A DNA stretch of 64,000 nucleotides from Raja brachyura. Lineage: Eukaryota. This document shows, piece after piece, positions 1 to 12,303 of this stretch (position 1 is its first letter; every line of letters starts with the position of its first letter). The notes beneath the pieces are model-generated. The model searched no databases, was not told the DNA's origin, and saw only the letters and a list, made by a program, of their open reading frames with translations. The stretch spans positions 2,728,001 through 2,792,000 of the forward strand of contig OY740826.1 of the NCBI GenBank assembly GCA_963514005.1, in the 5' to 3' direction. A program made the position numbers and the translations under genes.

Positions 1-533
1 CAAATACTTTTAGTTAAATATGACTGGATACATCGGTTCACATCGAAATCCCAGTCCCACACGAGCAAGAATGTTTTTACAAGGTACAGAAGTGTGAAAA
101 CGCCCACCTCCAGATTATCAAGGATACGTCTCACCCCCGGTCACTCCCTTTCCTCCTCTCTCCCATCGGGCAAAAGGTACAGAAGTGTGAAAACGCACAC
201 CTACAGATTCAGGGACAGTTTCTTCCCGGCTGTTATCAGGCAACTGAATCATCCTACCACAACCAGGGAACGGTTCTGAACTACTATCTGCCTCAGCAGA
301 AAGACTGTGCATGATTGCAATCGAGCCATTTGCAGAGTATGGATACGTGATAAGGGAATAACGTTTAGTGCAAGGTAAAGCCAGCAAAGTCCAATCAAGG
401 ATAGTCCGATGGGTCACCAGTGATGTCGACAGTAGTTCAACACTGCTCTCTGGTTGTGGTAGGATGGTTCAGTTGCCTGATAACAGCTGGGAGAAACTGT
501 TGAGTGAATGAGTGAATTATACAGAGCACTTAC

Positions 534-899
534 CAGTAACACTGAGCTGTGTTACAGAGTGGTAGCTGTAACGATCTCCCCCTCCAAATTCAACTCTGAA
601 TAAATAAGGACCTGCATCTTGCTGCGTGACGTTGTCTATAACCAGGGAACAGTCGTTGTCTCTCAGGATTCCTGACAGCCGGGTCCGATGGTGAAACTTT
701 GTTGATTCTACACTGGGATTCCCGGAGTGGAAGGCTACAGAATCTTCGTTGTTCGACTCACTTTTATACCAGATTCCAGTCCGTGGTTTATTGTCCAGTT
801 TCGACGGGTACCTGTAGTGACACGGAATCCGTGCACACAAACCATTCTGCGCTGTCACTTTTAGTGGAGTGTCCGCACCCCACTCTCCCGACACCACGG
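534..899 (-). CDS. Siglec/MAG/CD22-like N-terminal V-set Ig domain exon
   Basis: Translation (A)VVSGEWGADTPLKVTAQNGLCARIPCHYRYP...GIWYK...RTRLSGILRDNDCSLVIDNVTQQDAGPYLFRVEFGGGDRYSY...VTQLSVT has the Siglec pattern: GLCxxIPC, an E-strand Cys (DCSL), no F-strand Cys, and the sialic-acid-binding Arg in FRVE. It is bounded by acceptor ttccttctctcctcAG (901-900) and donor G|GTAAGT (533); 366 nt, phase 1/1. The gene presumably continues beyond the window start. Confidence 0.92.
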
Positions 900-1033
900 C
901 TGAGGAGAGAAGGAACAATCTTTAGCAGTGAACACCCTGTCAGTTCACTGGGCTTTCCACACCTTTTATCCTGCGCTGTGGACCTGGTGTGAACAGAGCG
1001 TAGAAGAGCGGCATGGTGGCGTAGTGGTAGAGC

Positions 1034-1602
1034 CTCCCTCCTCACCGCCCCTCCCACAGTGCATCACTCCCTCCTCACCGCCCCTCCCACAGTGCATCAC
1101 TCCCTCCTCACCGCCCCTCCCACAGTGCATCACTCCCTCCTCACCGCCCCTCCCACAGTGCATCACTCCCTCCTCATCGCCCCTCCCACAGTGCATCACT
1201 CCCTCCTCACCGCCCCTCCCACAGTGCATCACTCCATCCTCACTGCCCCTCCCACAGTGCATCACTCCCTCCTCACCGCCCCTCCCACAGTGCATCACTC
1301 CCTCCTCACCGCCCCTCCCACAGTGCATCACTCCCTCCTCACTGCCCCTCCCACAGTGCATCACTCCCTCCTCACCGCCCCTCCCACAGTGCATCACTCC
1401 CTCCTCACCGCCCCTCCCACAGTGCATCACTCCTTCCTCACCGCCCCTCCCACAGTGCATCACTCCCTCCTCACCGCCCCTCCCACAGTGCATCACTCCC
1501 TCCTCACCGCCCCTCCCACAGTGCATCACTCCCTCCTCACCGCCCCTCCCACAGTGCATCACTCCCTCCTCACCGCCCCTCCCACAGTGCATCACTCCCT
1601 CC
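1034..1602. repeat. 33-bp minisatellite, about 17 copies, intronic
   Basis: Unit CTCCCTCCTCACCGCCCCTCCCACAGTGCATCA repeated with few substitutions. It accounts for the repetitive ORFs 928..1833, 966..1595 and 1059..1787. Confidence 0.95.
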
Positions 1603-1794
1603 TTTGCTACACATTATTCCATCTGCCACTTCCCTGCCCACTCTCCCAACTTGTCAAAGTCCTTCTGCAGAGTCCCTGCTTTCTCTGCACCACCAGCCCC
1701 TCCACCGATTTTCGTATTATCTGCAAACTTGGCCACAAAGCCTTCAATCCCCTCGTCCAAATCATTAATATACAACGTGAAGATTAGTGGTGCA

Positions 1795-2335
1795 CAAGAA
1801 AGAACTGCAGATGGTGGTTTAAACCGAAGATAGACACAAAAATCGGTATTATCTCAGCGGGCCAGGCAGCATCTCTGGAGAGAAGGAATGGGTGATATTT
1901 CGGGTCGAGATCCTTCTTCAGACTGAACGTCACAGGAAAGGCAAACGAGAAATATAGATGATGATGTAGAGAGACAGAACAATGAATGAAAGATATGCAA
2001 AAAAGTAATGATAAAGAAAACAAGCCATTTGTTAGCTTTTTGTTGGGTGAAAACGAGAAGCTGGTGGACTTGGGTGGGGGAGGGATAGAGAGAGGGGGAA
2101 TGCCAGGGTCACTTGAAGTGAGAGAAATCAGTATTCATATCACTGGGTTGTAAGCTGCCCAAGCAAAATATGAGATGCTGCTCCTCCAATTTGCATTTGG
2201 CCTCTCTCTGCCCGTGGAGGAGGCCCAGGACATAAAGGTCTGTGTGGGAATGGGAAGGGGAATTAAAGTGTTTGGCAACCGGGAGATCAGGTAGGTCCAG
2301 GCGGACTGATCGAAGATGTTCAACAAAACGATCGT
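1795..2335 (-). mobile_element. Penelope-like retroelement 3' fragment (GIY-YIG C-terminus plus terminal region)
   Basis: The minus strand encodes VLGLLH...EAKCKLEEQHLIFCLGSLQP, a typical Penelope GIY-YIG tail, followed by a CTGAAGAAGG...CCCGAAA hammerhead-like core (about 1897-1923). Related fragments lie at about 6740-7110, 10050-10420, 27300-27615, 30955-31310 and 47090-47500. Confidence 0.75.
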
Positions 2336-2438
2336 AGTGGCCCCAGCACCGACCCCTGCGGAACTCCGCTAGTCACTGGCAGCCAACCAGTAAAAGCCTC
2401 CTCGCCCGTAAACACTTCTGAGTTGTTGCTGATGGTAC

Positions 2439-2478
2439 CTTGGAGAAGGGAGAGGAGGAAGAACGATCTCCCGATCAT
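2439..2478 (-). CDS. Signal-peptide coding part of the Siglec-like gene (whole exon 2439-2520)
   Basis: ATG at 2478 gives MIGRSFFLLSLLQ + G, followed by donor AAG|GTACCA (2438). The phase-1 join to the V-set exon reads MIGRSFFLLSLLQAVVSGEW. An upstream acceptor ctttctcttccAG lies at 2522-2521. Not in the ORF track. Confidence 0.85.
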
Positions 2479-2579
2479 TGTCCGATCCCAGATATCCCGT
2501 CAGCTACCCGATCTCCCGGTCTGGAAGAGAAAGTTATTGCAGTAAAACTCCAGCAACCAATATACATTAAACAACATGG

Positions 2580-3335
2580 ATGCAACGCTGGGGCTCTATG
2601 AGGCGCTGGTGAGGCCGCATTTGGAATATTGTGAGGAATTTTGAGCCCTGTATCTGATGAAGGATGTGTTGGCTCTGGAGAGGGTCCAGAGGAGGCTTAC
2701 AAGAATAGTCCCAGGAATGAGTGTGTTTACATATGAGAGCGTTTGACTGCACTGGGTCTGTACTAGCTGGAGTTGAGGAAGAATGAGGAAGGACCGCATT
2801 GAATCTTACCGAATAGTGAAAGGCTTGGATAGAGTGGATGTGGATAGGACCTTTCCACTAATGGGAGAGGTCATAGCCTCAGAATTAGATTTTCTTTTAG
2901 GAAGGAGATGAGGAGGAATTTCTTTAGTTCTGGGTCTGTACTAGCTGGAGTTTAGAAGAATGAGGAAGGACCGCATTGAATCTTACTGAATAGTGAAAGG
3001 CTTGGATAGAGTGGATGTGGATAGGACTTTTCCACTAATGGGAGAGGTCATAGCCGTAGAATTAGATTTTCTTTTAGGAAGGAGATGAGGAGGAATTTCT
3101 TTAGTGAGAGGGTGGTGAATCTGTGAAATTCTTTGCCACAGAAGGCTGTGGCGGCCCAGGCAGTGGATATTGTTAAGGCAGAGATAGATAGATTATAAAT
3201 TATACGGGTGTCAGGGGTTATGGGGAGAAGGCAGGAGAATGGGGTTAGGAGGGGTTAGGAGGGAGAGAGAGATAAGCCATGATTAAAAGGCAGAGTAGAA
3301 TGGATGGGCTGAATGGCCTAATTCTGCTCCAATCC
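2580..3335 (+). mobile_element. Degenerate CR1 LINE 3' fragment with an internal tandem duplication of about 180 bp
   Basis: LYEALVRPHLEYCEEF...LERVQRRLTRIVPGM-type CR1 RT C-terminus; about 2752-2928 is repeated at about 2929-3105. Confidence 0.8.
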
Positions 3336-3720
3336 ATGACCGTAAATATCACCAACACTGTTGGGTTGCATCACACTTTGGTTTTGGACCAACTCTGCCC
3401 AAGACCACAAGAGATTGCTGAGAGGTTAGTTTAGTTTATCGATACAGCACACAAACACGTTCCCACAGCCCACCGAATCCATGCCGACCAGTGATCACCC
3501 GTTCACACACTAGTTCTATGTTTCGTTTTTGAGATACAATGTGGAAACAGGCCCTTCGACCCACCGAGTCTGTGCCGACCAGCGATCCCCGCACACTAAC
3601 ACTGTCCTAACTAGGGACAATTTACAATTTTGCCAAGCCAATAAAACCTACAAACCTGCACGTCATTGGAACGTGGGAGGAAACCAGAAAATACCCAAGC
3701 AGGTCAAGAGTTCAGATTCA

Positions 3721-4255
3721 CCGGCTTAATAATAGGAAAAAAACTCATCTTAAAATTCTGGAAAAATGCTCCTATACCAACATTAAATATGTGGATTTCA
3801 ACTAGGTTTGAAACACTACATTTGGAAGATATGAGACTCTGCCTGGAAGGAAAATCAGAACGCTTCTATCAGACGTGGTCTGCATTTATAGAATTACTAC
3901 AAGGATAGGGTGCGGGAGTACCTCGGGCGTTGGTAGGGGGGGATGAAAAACGATCGAGTTGGTGGATTCCTTTTGCGTGATATATATAACATAGTAACTG
4001 GCTTTTTTTTTCTTTTTCCTTTTCTTTTTTTAGGGTCTATCTCTTAACCCCCTTTCTCTAATTCTTTGACCAAGGGTTTCTTCTCCCCTTTGGCACGCTC
4101 TTTCACTATCACAACTCTTTTCACCTATTTCATTCTCTTTCTTTCTATTCTGTTTCTTTAACAGCCATAAAATGATGGGGTACAATGATTGGAACAATAT
4201 ATATGTGAAGTACATTGATGTATTTACCTCTAATAAATAAAATACATTGTTAAAA
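3721..4255 (+). mobile_element. 5'-truncated L1 3' end with target-site duplication
   Basis: Encodes GLIIGKKLILKFWKNAPIPTLNMWIS..., homologous to the L1 C-terminus at 62695..63294, and ends in AATAAA and an A-rich tail. Flanked by AAGAGTTCAGATTCA (about 3706-3720) and AAGAGTCCAGATTCA (about 4256-4270). Confidence 0.85.
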
Positions 4256-5334
4256 AAGAGTCCAGATTCAAGAATGTTTTATTGTCACATGTCCCAGATA
4301 GTACAATGAGATTCTTACTTGCGGCAGCACAAAACAATCTGTAAATGGGCAAACTCCGTACAGGCAGCACCCAAAGTCAGGATCGAACCCGGGTCTCTGG
4401 CTCTGTGAGGCAGCAGCATTACCACTGCTCCACCGTGCCGCCCCTAACGTGGATATCGCCCAGTCCATCACATAAAGCGGTCTCCCCATTCCACCCCCTG
4501 AAGGGCCTTTTAGAAAGCATTTTATCAGGATGCATTGCAGCTTGCTTTGGGAACAGCTGGAGAATGGAGTTAGGAGGGAGAGATAGATCAGCCATGATTA
4601 AAAGGCGGAGTCGATTTGATGGGCTGAATGGCCTAATTCTGCTCCTATCACATGTCCGTAAATATCACCAACAGAACACGCTGCACCAACTACATTGAAG
4701 CCGTGGTCAATAAAGCAAACTGATGTCTCATCTTGCTCAAAAAATGAAGGAAGTTCAGCATTTCTCCAGTGACTCACACCAACTTCTCCACATGAACTGT
4801 GAAAGAACACTGTTAGGTTGCATCACACTTTGGTTTTGGACCAGCGCACCCAAGACCACAAGAGATTGCTAAGAGGTTAGTTTAGTTTAGAGGTACAGCA
4901 CACAAACAGGTTCCCACGGCCAACCGAGTCCATGCCGACCACTTCACACACTAGTTCTATGTTTAGTTTTTGAGATACAACACGGAAACTGGACCTTCAG
5001 CCCACTGAGTCCATGCCAACCATCGATCACCCGTTCACACACTAGTTCTGTGTTTAGTCTAGAGATCCAACGTGGAAACAGGCCCTTTGACCCACCGGCC
5101 CCGCACACTAACACGATCCTACACACGCTAGGGATAATTTACAATTTTACCAAGCCAATTAGCCTACAAACCTGCATATCACTGAAAATAGAAAATAAAC
5201 AAGCAGGTCAAGTGTCCAGATTCAAGAATGTTTTATTGCCACATGTCCCAGATAGTACAATGAGATTCTTACTTGCGGCAGCACAAAACAATATGTAAAC
5301 GGGCAAACTCCGTGCAGGCAGCACCTGACGTCAG

Positions 5335-7690
5335 GAGGGTGAGTGTGTGAGGGAAGGGGTGTGTGGGGAGGGGGTTCTGGGGTTGTTTGGCTAGGGGGTG
5401 TTGAGTGGGTGGGGGCGGGCGTGTGTGTGGGAGTGGGGGGAGGGATGTGGGTGGTGGGGGGGAGGTGTGGGTGTGGGGAGAGGTGTGTGGTGGAGGCGGG
5501 TGTGGGGGGGGGAGTGTGTGGTGTGGGGGACGGGGAGTGTGGGGAGGGGGAGTGCGTGGGTGTGGGGGACGGGGGGTTGTGGGGAAGGTCGGTGTGTGGG
5601 GGTGTGTGGGAGGGGGGTGAGGGTGGGGGATTTAGTGGGGGTGTGTGTAGGGGAGGGGGGTGGTTCATGGGAAGAGGGGTGTAGAGAAGGGGGGGTGTAG
5701 GGGAGGGGGTGGTGCATGGGAAGAGGGGTGTAGGGAAGGGGGGGTTATAGAGGAGGGGGGGTGTAGGGGAGGAGGGGTGAAGGGGGAGGGGGGGTGTAGG
5801 AATGGGGTCCACACCCACACTCCGCTGCTTCAGCTTTAATATCGGCGGCTTCTGGACGGTCGCCATCTGAACCGTTTTTGAGCAAATTTAAAAACACCGC
5901 AGACCGGAAGTGGTCAAGATGAGAGTTTTAGTAACAGTATACATAGAAGATAGATTTTATCAGGATACATCGCAGCTTGCTTTAGGAACAGCTCCATCCA
6001 AGACCACAACAGGTCCTTCGGCCCACTATGTCCATGCCAGCCCTTTTTTCGACCCATCTATTGGTATCATTGTATAATTGCCATGTGTGCCAGAATTCAG
6101 TGTTTGTACGCAACCCAGGCAAGTCGTACTGTATAAGGTCATAAGTGATAGGAGCAGAATTAAGCCGTTCGGCCCATCAAGTCTGCTTCACCATTCAATC
6201 ATGGCCGATCTGTCTCTATCTCCTAACCCCATTCTCCTGCCTTCTCCCCATAACCTCTGACACCAGTACAAATCAAGAATCTATCCATCTGTGCCTTAAA
6301 TAATCCACTGACTTAGCCTCTACAGTCCACTGTGGCAAAGAATTCCACAGATTCACCACCTTCTGACTGAAGATATAATTCCTCATCTCCTTCCTAAAAG
6401 AACATCCTTTAATTCTGAGGCTGTAATCTCTAGTCCTAGACTCTCCCACCAGTGGAAACATCCTCTCCACATTCACTCTACCCAAGCCTTTCACTATTCT
6501 GTGTGTTCCCCCCTCATTCTTCTAAACTCCAGTGAGTACAGACCCAGTGCTATCAAACGCTCATCATATGTTAACCCACTCATTCCTGGGATCATTCATG
6601 TAAACCTCCTGTGGACCCTCTCCAGAGTCAGCACATCCTTCCTCAGATATGGAGCAAAATTGCTCACAATATTGAGTACAATACATACTGAGAGTCATGG
6701 GAGAGGGAGACACAGAAATACTTTTCTGATCTTTCTGTCCTGGGCCTCCTTTACCATTAGAGTCAGGCCCAATGCAAATTGGGGAACAGCACCTCATATT
6801 TCGCTTAGGCAGCTTACATCGGTACGATTATCGCCTTCTTTAACTTCGTAGCCTTGCTTTCCCTCTTTCTCCATCCCTCCCCTTTCTTATTCTGCGACTA
6901 GTCCGACCGTCCACTTGATTAAATCTTATCTGTTTGCTTCGTTGTCACCTTCTCCTAGCTAACAATGATCTATTCTACATTTTCATCCAACCTCATTCCC
7001 TTTGTCTTGTTTTCACACCTTCACTTCCTTATCTCTGTGTCCCCCCTCTTCCCCGAATCTCAGTCTGAAAAACGGTCTTGACCCAAAACATCACCCATTC
7101 CTTCTTTCCAATTCTCAGATTCGGGGACAGTTTCTTCCCAGCTGTTATCAGACAACTGAAGCATCCGACTACACCCAGAGAGCAGCGCTGAACTACTGTC
7201 TACCTTTTTGATGACCCTCGTGTCTATCTTCAGTGTGAACCAGCATCTGAAGTTACATTAATACACAAAGTATTTCAGTGATCAGACTCTGCACAAAGTC
7301 GCAACTCAGCTGAACTGGTGGTCGTTCGTGGGAACGAGCGACAGACACGGAATTACGTACCTGGGTTCTACCCGCTGGTCGAGTATCGACTGACAAACAC
7401 TCAGGGGACCAGTGTCGTCATCCTCAGGGGCCGTCACTGTGTGGAGAACACGAATGTGTAGAGGAGTAGATTTGCATCTAGAAACGGAAATAAAATAAGG
7501 AAGTATTCTTTTATCAGCAAACGGTTAAGTAAATAAGTAAGTAAGTTTATTGGCCAAGTATTCACGTACAAGGAATTTGCCTTGGTGCTCCGCCCACAAG
7601 TAACAACATGACATACAGTGACAGTTATGAATGACTCAGAAAACACTAAACAATAATAATAATAATAATAAAACATTAATGATAAAACAC
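5335..7690. repeat. Tandem segmental duplication, copy 1 (paired with about 8135-11110)
   Basis: Same ordered mosaic in both copies: G-rich Helitron-like 5' fragment, CR1 fragment, Penelope fragment, promoter/exon island and Rex1 3' tail. Confidence 0.9.
7361..7510 (-). promoter_or_regulatory. Candidate promoter and non-coding first exon of the Siglec-like gene
   Basis: An island of non-repeat sequence ending in donor CAG|GTACGT (7360). It contains a perfect octamer ATTTGCAT (7470-7477; ATGCAAAT on the gene strand) and ETS-like cores ACGGAAA (about 7484-7490) and AGGAAGT (7498-7504). The acceptor at 2521 requires an upstream exon. Confidence 0.6.
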
Positions 7691-8135
7691 CACTGATCAA
7701 GCATGAGAACCAACAAAATACCAGATCAAAGGGAGGCTACAGATTTTTGGCTGTTCAGTAGAGCAACTACTCGTGGATAAAAACTGTTTTTGTATCTGGC
7801 TGTGGCAGCTTTGACAGTCTGGAGTCGCCTTTCAGATGGAAGTGATTCAAAGAGTATGTGGCCAGGGTGAGAGGGGTCAGAGATGATTTTGTCCCCTCGC
7901 TTCCTGGCCCTTGCAGTGTACAGTTCATCAATGGAGGGAAGGTTGCAGCCAATAACCTTCTCAGCTGATCGGACGACTCGCTGCAGCCTCCAGGTGTCGT
8001 GCCTGGTGGCTGAGCCAAACCAGACCATGATGAAGAAGGTGAGAACAGACTCTACGATGGCCGTGTAGAACTGGACCATCATTGCAAGTGGCAGATTGTG
8101 GTTCCTCAGCTGCCGTAGGAAGTACATCCTCTGTT
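7527..8135 (-). mobile_element. Rex1/Babar-type LINE 3' end
   Basis: ORF 7726..8127 MYFLRQLR...FYTAIVESVLT...RLQRVVRSAEKVIG...DPSHPGH...YKNSFYP is the typical Rex1/Babar C-terminus; (ACTT)n tail at about 7527-7546. Confidence 0.85.
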
Positions 8136-11110
8136 GTGGGGTGGGGAGGTGGGGTGTCTAGGGGAGGGGGATGATGTATGAGAGGAAGGTGTAGGGGAGG
8201 GGGGTGTAGGGGAGGGGGGTGTGGAGGAGGGGGTTGGGGGAGGGGTGTGTAGGGGTGGGGTGAGAAGGGGAGGGGGTGGTGTATGGGAAGGGGGGTGTAG
8301 GGAGGGGGGGTGTATGGGAGGGGAGTGTATGGGAGGGGAGTGTAGGGGAGGGGGCGTGTAGGGGAGGGGAGTGTAGGGGGGGGCGTGTAGGGGAGGGGGT
8401 GTAGGGGAGGGGGTGTAGGGGAGTGGGGTCCACAGACACACTCTGCTGCTTCAGCTTGATTCTCGGCGGCTTCTGGACGGGCGGCATCTGAACCGTTTTT
8501 GAGCAAATTTAAAAACAACGCAGAGCGGAAGTGGTCAAGATGAGAGTTTTAGTAATAGTATAGATAGAAGATAGATATTATCAGGATACATTGCAGCTTG
8601 CTTTGGGAACAGCTCCATCCAAGACCACAACAGGTTGTTCGGCCCACCACGTCCATGCCAGCCCTTTTATTGGCCCATCTATTGGTATGATTGTATAATT
8701 GCCATATGTACCAGAATTCAGTGTTTGTACGCAACCCAGGCAAGTCGTACTGTATAAGGTCATAAGTGATAGGAGCAGAATTAAGCCATTCGGCCCATCA
8801 AGTCTGCTTCACCATTCAATCATGGCTGATCTATCTCTATCTCCTTACCCCATTCTCCTGCCTTCTCCCCATAACCTCTGACACCAAAAACAAATCAAGA
8901 ATCTATCCGTCTCTGCCTTAAATAATCCACTGACTCAGCCTCTACAGTCCACTGTGGCAAAGAATTCCACAGATTCACCACCCTCTGACTGAAGATATCC
9001 TTCCTCATCTCCTTCCTAAAAGAACATTCTTTAATTCTGAGGCTGTAATCTCTAGTGCTAGACTATCCAACTAGTGGAAACATCTTCTCCACATTCACTC
9101 TATCCAAGCCTTTCACTATTCTGTATGTTCCCCCCTCATTCTTCTAAACTCCAGCGAGTACAGACCCAGTGCTATCAAACGCTCATCATATGTTAACCCA
9201 CTCATTCCTGGGATCATTCATGTAAACCTCCTCTGGACCCTCGCCAGAGCCAGCACATCCTTCCTCAGATACTGTGCACAGTTCCCTGAAGGTGGAATCT
9301 CATGTGGATATGGTGGTAAAGGAAGCTTTTGGTGTGCTGGCCTTTATAAATCAGAGCATTGAGTATAGAAGTTGGGATGTAAAGTAAAAATTGCACAAGG
9401 CCAATTCTGGAGTATGGTGTACAATTTTGGTCACCAAATTATAGGAAAGATGTCAACAAAATAGAGAGAGTACAGAGGAGATTTACTAGAATGTTGCCTG
9501 CGTTTCAGCAACTAAGTTACAGAGAAAGGTTGAACAAGTTAGGTCTTTATTCTTTGGAGAGCAGAAGGTTAAGGGGGGACTTGATAGATGTCTTTAAAAT
9601 GATGAGAGGGATAGACAGAGTTGACGTGGATAAGCTTTTTCCATTGAGAGTAGGGAAGATTCAAACAAGAGGACATGATTTGAGAATTAAGGGACAGAAG
9701 TTTAGGGGTAACATGAGGGGAAACTTCTTTGCTCAGAGAGTGGTAACTGTGTGGAATGAGCTTCCAGTGGAAGTGGTGGAGGCAGGTTTGATTTTTATAA
9801 TTTAAAAATAAATTGGATAGGTATATGGACAGGAAAGGAAAGGTTATGGTCTGAGTGCAGGTAGATGGGACTTGGTGAGAGGAAGTGTTCGGCACGGACT
9901 AGAAGGGCCGAGATGGCCTGTTTCCGTGCTGTAATTGTTATATGGTTATATTGTCATATGGTTATATGGAGCCAAATTTGCTCACATTATTGAGTACAAT
10001 ACATACTGAGAGTCATGGGAGAGGGAGACACAGAAATACCTTTCTGTCCCGGGCCTCCTTCACTGTTGCAGTCGGACCCAACGCAAATTAGGGAACAGCA
10101 CCTCATATTTCGTTTGGGCAGCTTACATCGGTACGCTTATCGACTTCTCTAACTTCGTAGCCTTGCTTTCGCTGTTTCTCCATCCCTCCACTTACCTATT
10201 ATACGACCAGTCTGACCGTCCCCTTGATCAAATCATATCTCTGTTTGCTTCGTTGTCACCTTCTCCTAGCTAACAACGATCTATTCTACATTTTCATCCA
10301 ACCTCATTCCCTTTGTCTTGTTTTCACACCTTCACTTCCTTATCTCTGTGCCTCTCTCTCCCCTGACTCTCAGTCTGAAAAATGGTCTTGACCCAAAACA
10401 TCACCCATTCCTTCTCTCTGATTCTCAGATTCGGGGACAATTTCTTCCCAGCTGTTATCAGACAACTGAATCATCCGACTACACCCAGAGAGCAGCGCTG
10501 AACTACTGTCTACCTTTTTGATGACCCTCGGACTATCCTTGATCAGACTTTGCTGGTTTTACCTTGCACTAAACGCTATTCCAAAATCTGTACACTGTAA
10601 ATGGAACAATTGTAATTATGTGTAGGATGGCGCTGAGTTACTCCAGCGCTTTGTGTCTATCTTCAGTGTAACCAGCATCTGCAGTTACATTAATACACAA
10701 AGTATTTCAGTGATCAGACTCTGCACAAAGTCGCAACTCAGCTGAATTGGTGGTCGTTTGTGGGAACGAGCGACCGACATGGAATTACGTTCCTGGGTTC
10801 TACCCGCTGGTCGAGTGTCGACTGACAAACATTCAGGGGACCAGTGTCCTCATCCTCAGGGGCCATCACTGTGTGGAGAACACAAATGTGTAGATATGCA
10901 TCTGGAAACGGAAATAAAATAAGGAAGTATTCTTTTATCAGCAAACGGTTAAGTAAATAAGTAAGTAAGTAAGTTTATTGGCCAAGTATTCACGTACAAG
11001 GAATTTGCCTTGGTGCTCCGCCCACAAGTAACAACATGACATACAGTGACAGTTATGAATGACTCAGAAAACACTAAACAATAATAATAATAAAACATTA
11101 ATGATAAAAT
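8135..11110. repeat. Tandem segmental duplication, copy 2, with an extra CR1 insertion
   Basis: Aligns by eye to 5335-7690. It carries a plus-strand CR1 3' fragment at about 9272-9965 that is absent from copy 1, plus about 125 bp (about 10530-10655) missing from copy 1. Confidence 0.9.
9272..9965 (+). mobile_element. CR1 LINE 3' fragment from a second family
   Basis: ORF 9491..9805 LSYRERLNKLGLYSLESRRLRGDLI...RGNFFAQRVV..WNELP, with a TATATGGT-like repeat tail. Confidence 0.85.
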
Positions 11111-12200
11111 GCCAGGGTTACGTTTCTGATTTTCAAACCTGCAGTAAAACTCATTCAGGTCATTGGTCAGCTGATGATTGTCCAAGTTCTGAGTTCAGCA
11201 ATGAACCAAGGCTTGTTGTTGTTGAACCATGTCCGAATCTTAGTTTGAATGCAACTGTCCTCGGAAAAGCTGTCATAAGATGATGCAGTGTCCGTATACT
11301 CATCGAGGCTTGTGGTTGCTTCCCTGAACACATTCCAATCCGTGCAGTCAAAGCAGGATTGTAGGTTCTCAATGCCCTCGCTTGTCCATCTTTTGGTTGT
11401 TCTGACCACAGGCTTAGCAGCTTTTAGTTTCTGCCTGTAGGTCGGAATAAGGTGAACAAGACAATGATCAGAGAGACCCAGACCCGCCCGGGGAATAGAG
11501 CTATATGCGTTCTTGATTGCCGTATAATACTGATCGAGTGTTCTCTCCCCTCTGGTGGGGCAGGCAACATGAAGTCTGTATTTTAGAAGGTCACGGCTGA
11601 GGGTAGCTTTGTTAAAGTCCCCAAAACAATAACCTTGGAGTCCGGGAAGTCACTCTCTACCCTCATTACCTGGTCAGCGAGTTGCGTTTGCGCCTCACGT
11701 ACGCAGGCTTGGGGGGGGAATGTAATCTCCAGCGAGAATAAAGGAATTAAATTCCCTCAGAGAGTAGAAGGGTTTGCAGTTTATTAAGAGGGATTCTAGG
11801 TTGAGAGAGCAGAAATTTGACAGTACCCTGATGTCGCTCCACCAGCCCTGGTTGGTATAGAAGCATATTCCACCGCCTCTTGATTTCCCCGCTGCCTCCA
11901 CTTCGCGGTCCGCTCTGTGAAGTTGGTAGCCAGCCTGTTGCAGCGCGCTGTCGGGGGTCAACTCACAAAGCCAGGTCTCGGTGAAACACAGGGCAGCAGC
12001 TGGAGAGAAGCCCTTGTTTGTCCGATGCGGGAGTTGCAGTTCGTCCACTTTGTTCTTGAGAGAACGTACGTTTGCCAGGAATATGCTGGGGAGTGGTGTG
12101 CGTGATCCTCGTCGCGGAGTCGATGAGTGCTCCAGAACGCTTCCCACGGGTCCTCCTCCATATCAAGACCTTGAATGCAACTACAGTCCCGCCGACGAGT
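10950..12200 (-). mobile_element. Internally deleted Rex1/Babar LINE (APE endonuclease region joined to the 3' UTR)
   Basis: ORF 11695..12147 PLPSIFLANVRSLKNKVDEL...LCFTETWL...GKSRGGGICFY and ORF 11167..11409 [13 protein letters not shown]...NNKPWF. The sequence jumps directly to the 3' UTR and (ACTT)n tail at about 11110. Confidence 0.85.
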
Positions 12201-12303
12201 ATGTCATAGAAACATAGAAACATAGAAAATAGGTGCAGGAGTAGGCCATTCGGCCCTTCGAGCCTGCACCGCCATTCAATGTGATCATGGCTGATCATCC
12301 AAC

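Noticed and set aside
928-1833. Long ORFs with 11-aa repeats, or a CRISPR-like array
   Set aside because: A pure 33-bp tandem minisatellite with no spacers, lying in an intron; the frames are open only because the unit lacks stop codons.
5222-5866. Pro/His-rich or Gly/Val-rich ORFs (also 7961-8518 and 32590-33380)
   Set aside because: Translations of G-rich low-complexity DNA with no domain signal.
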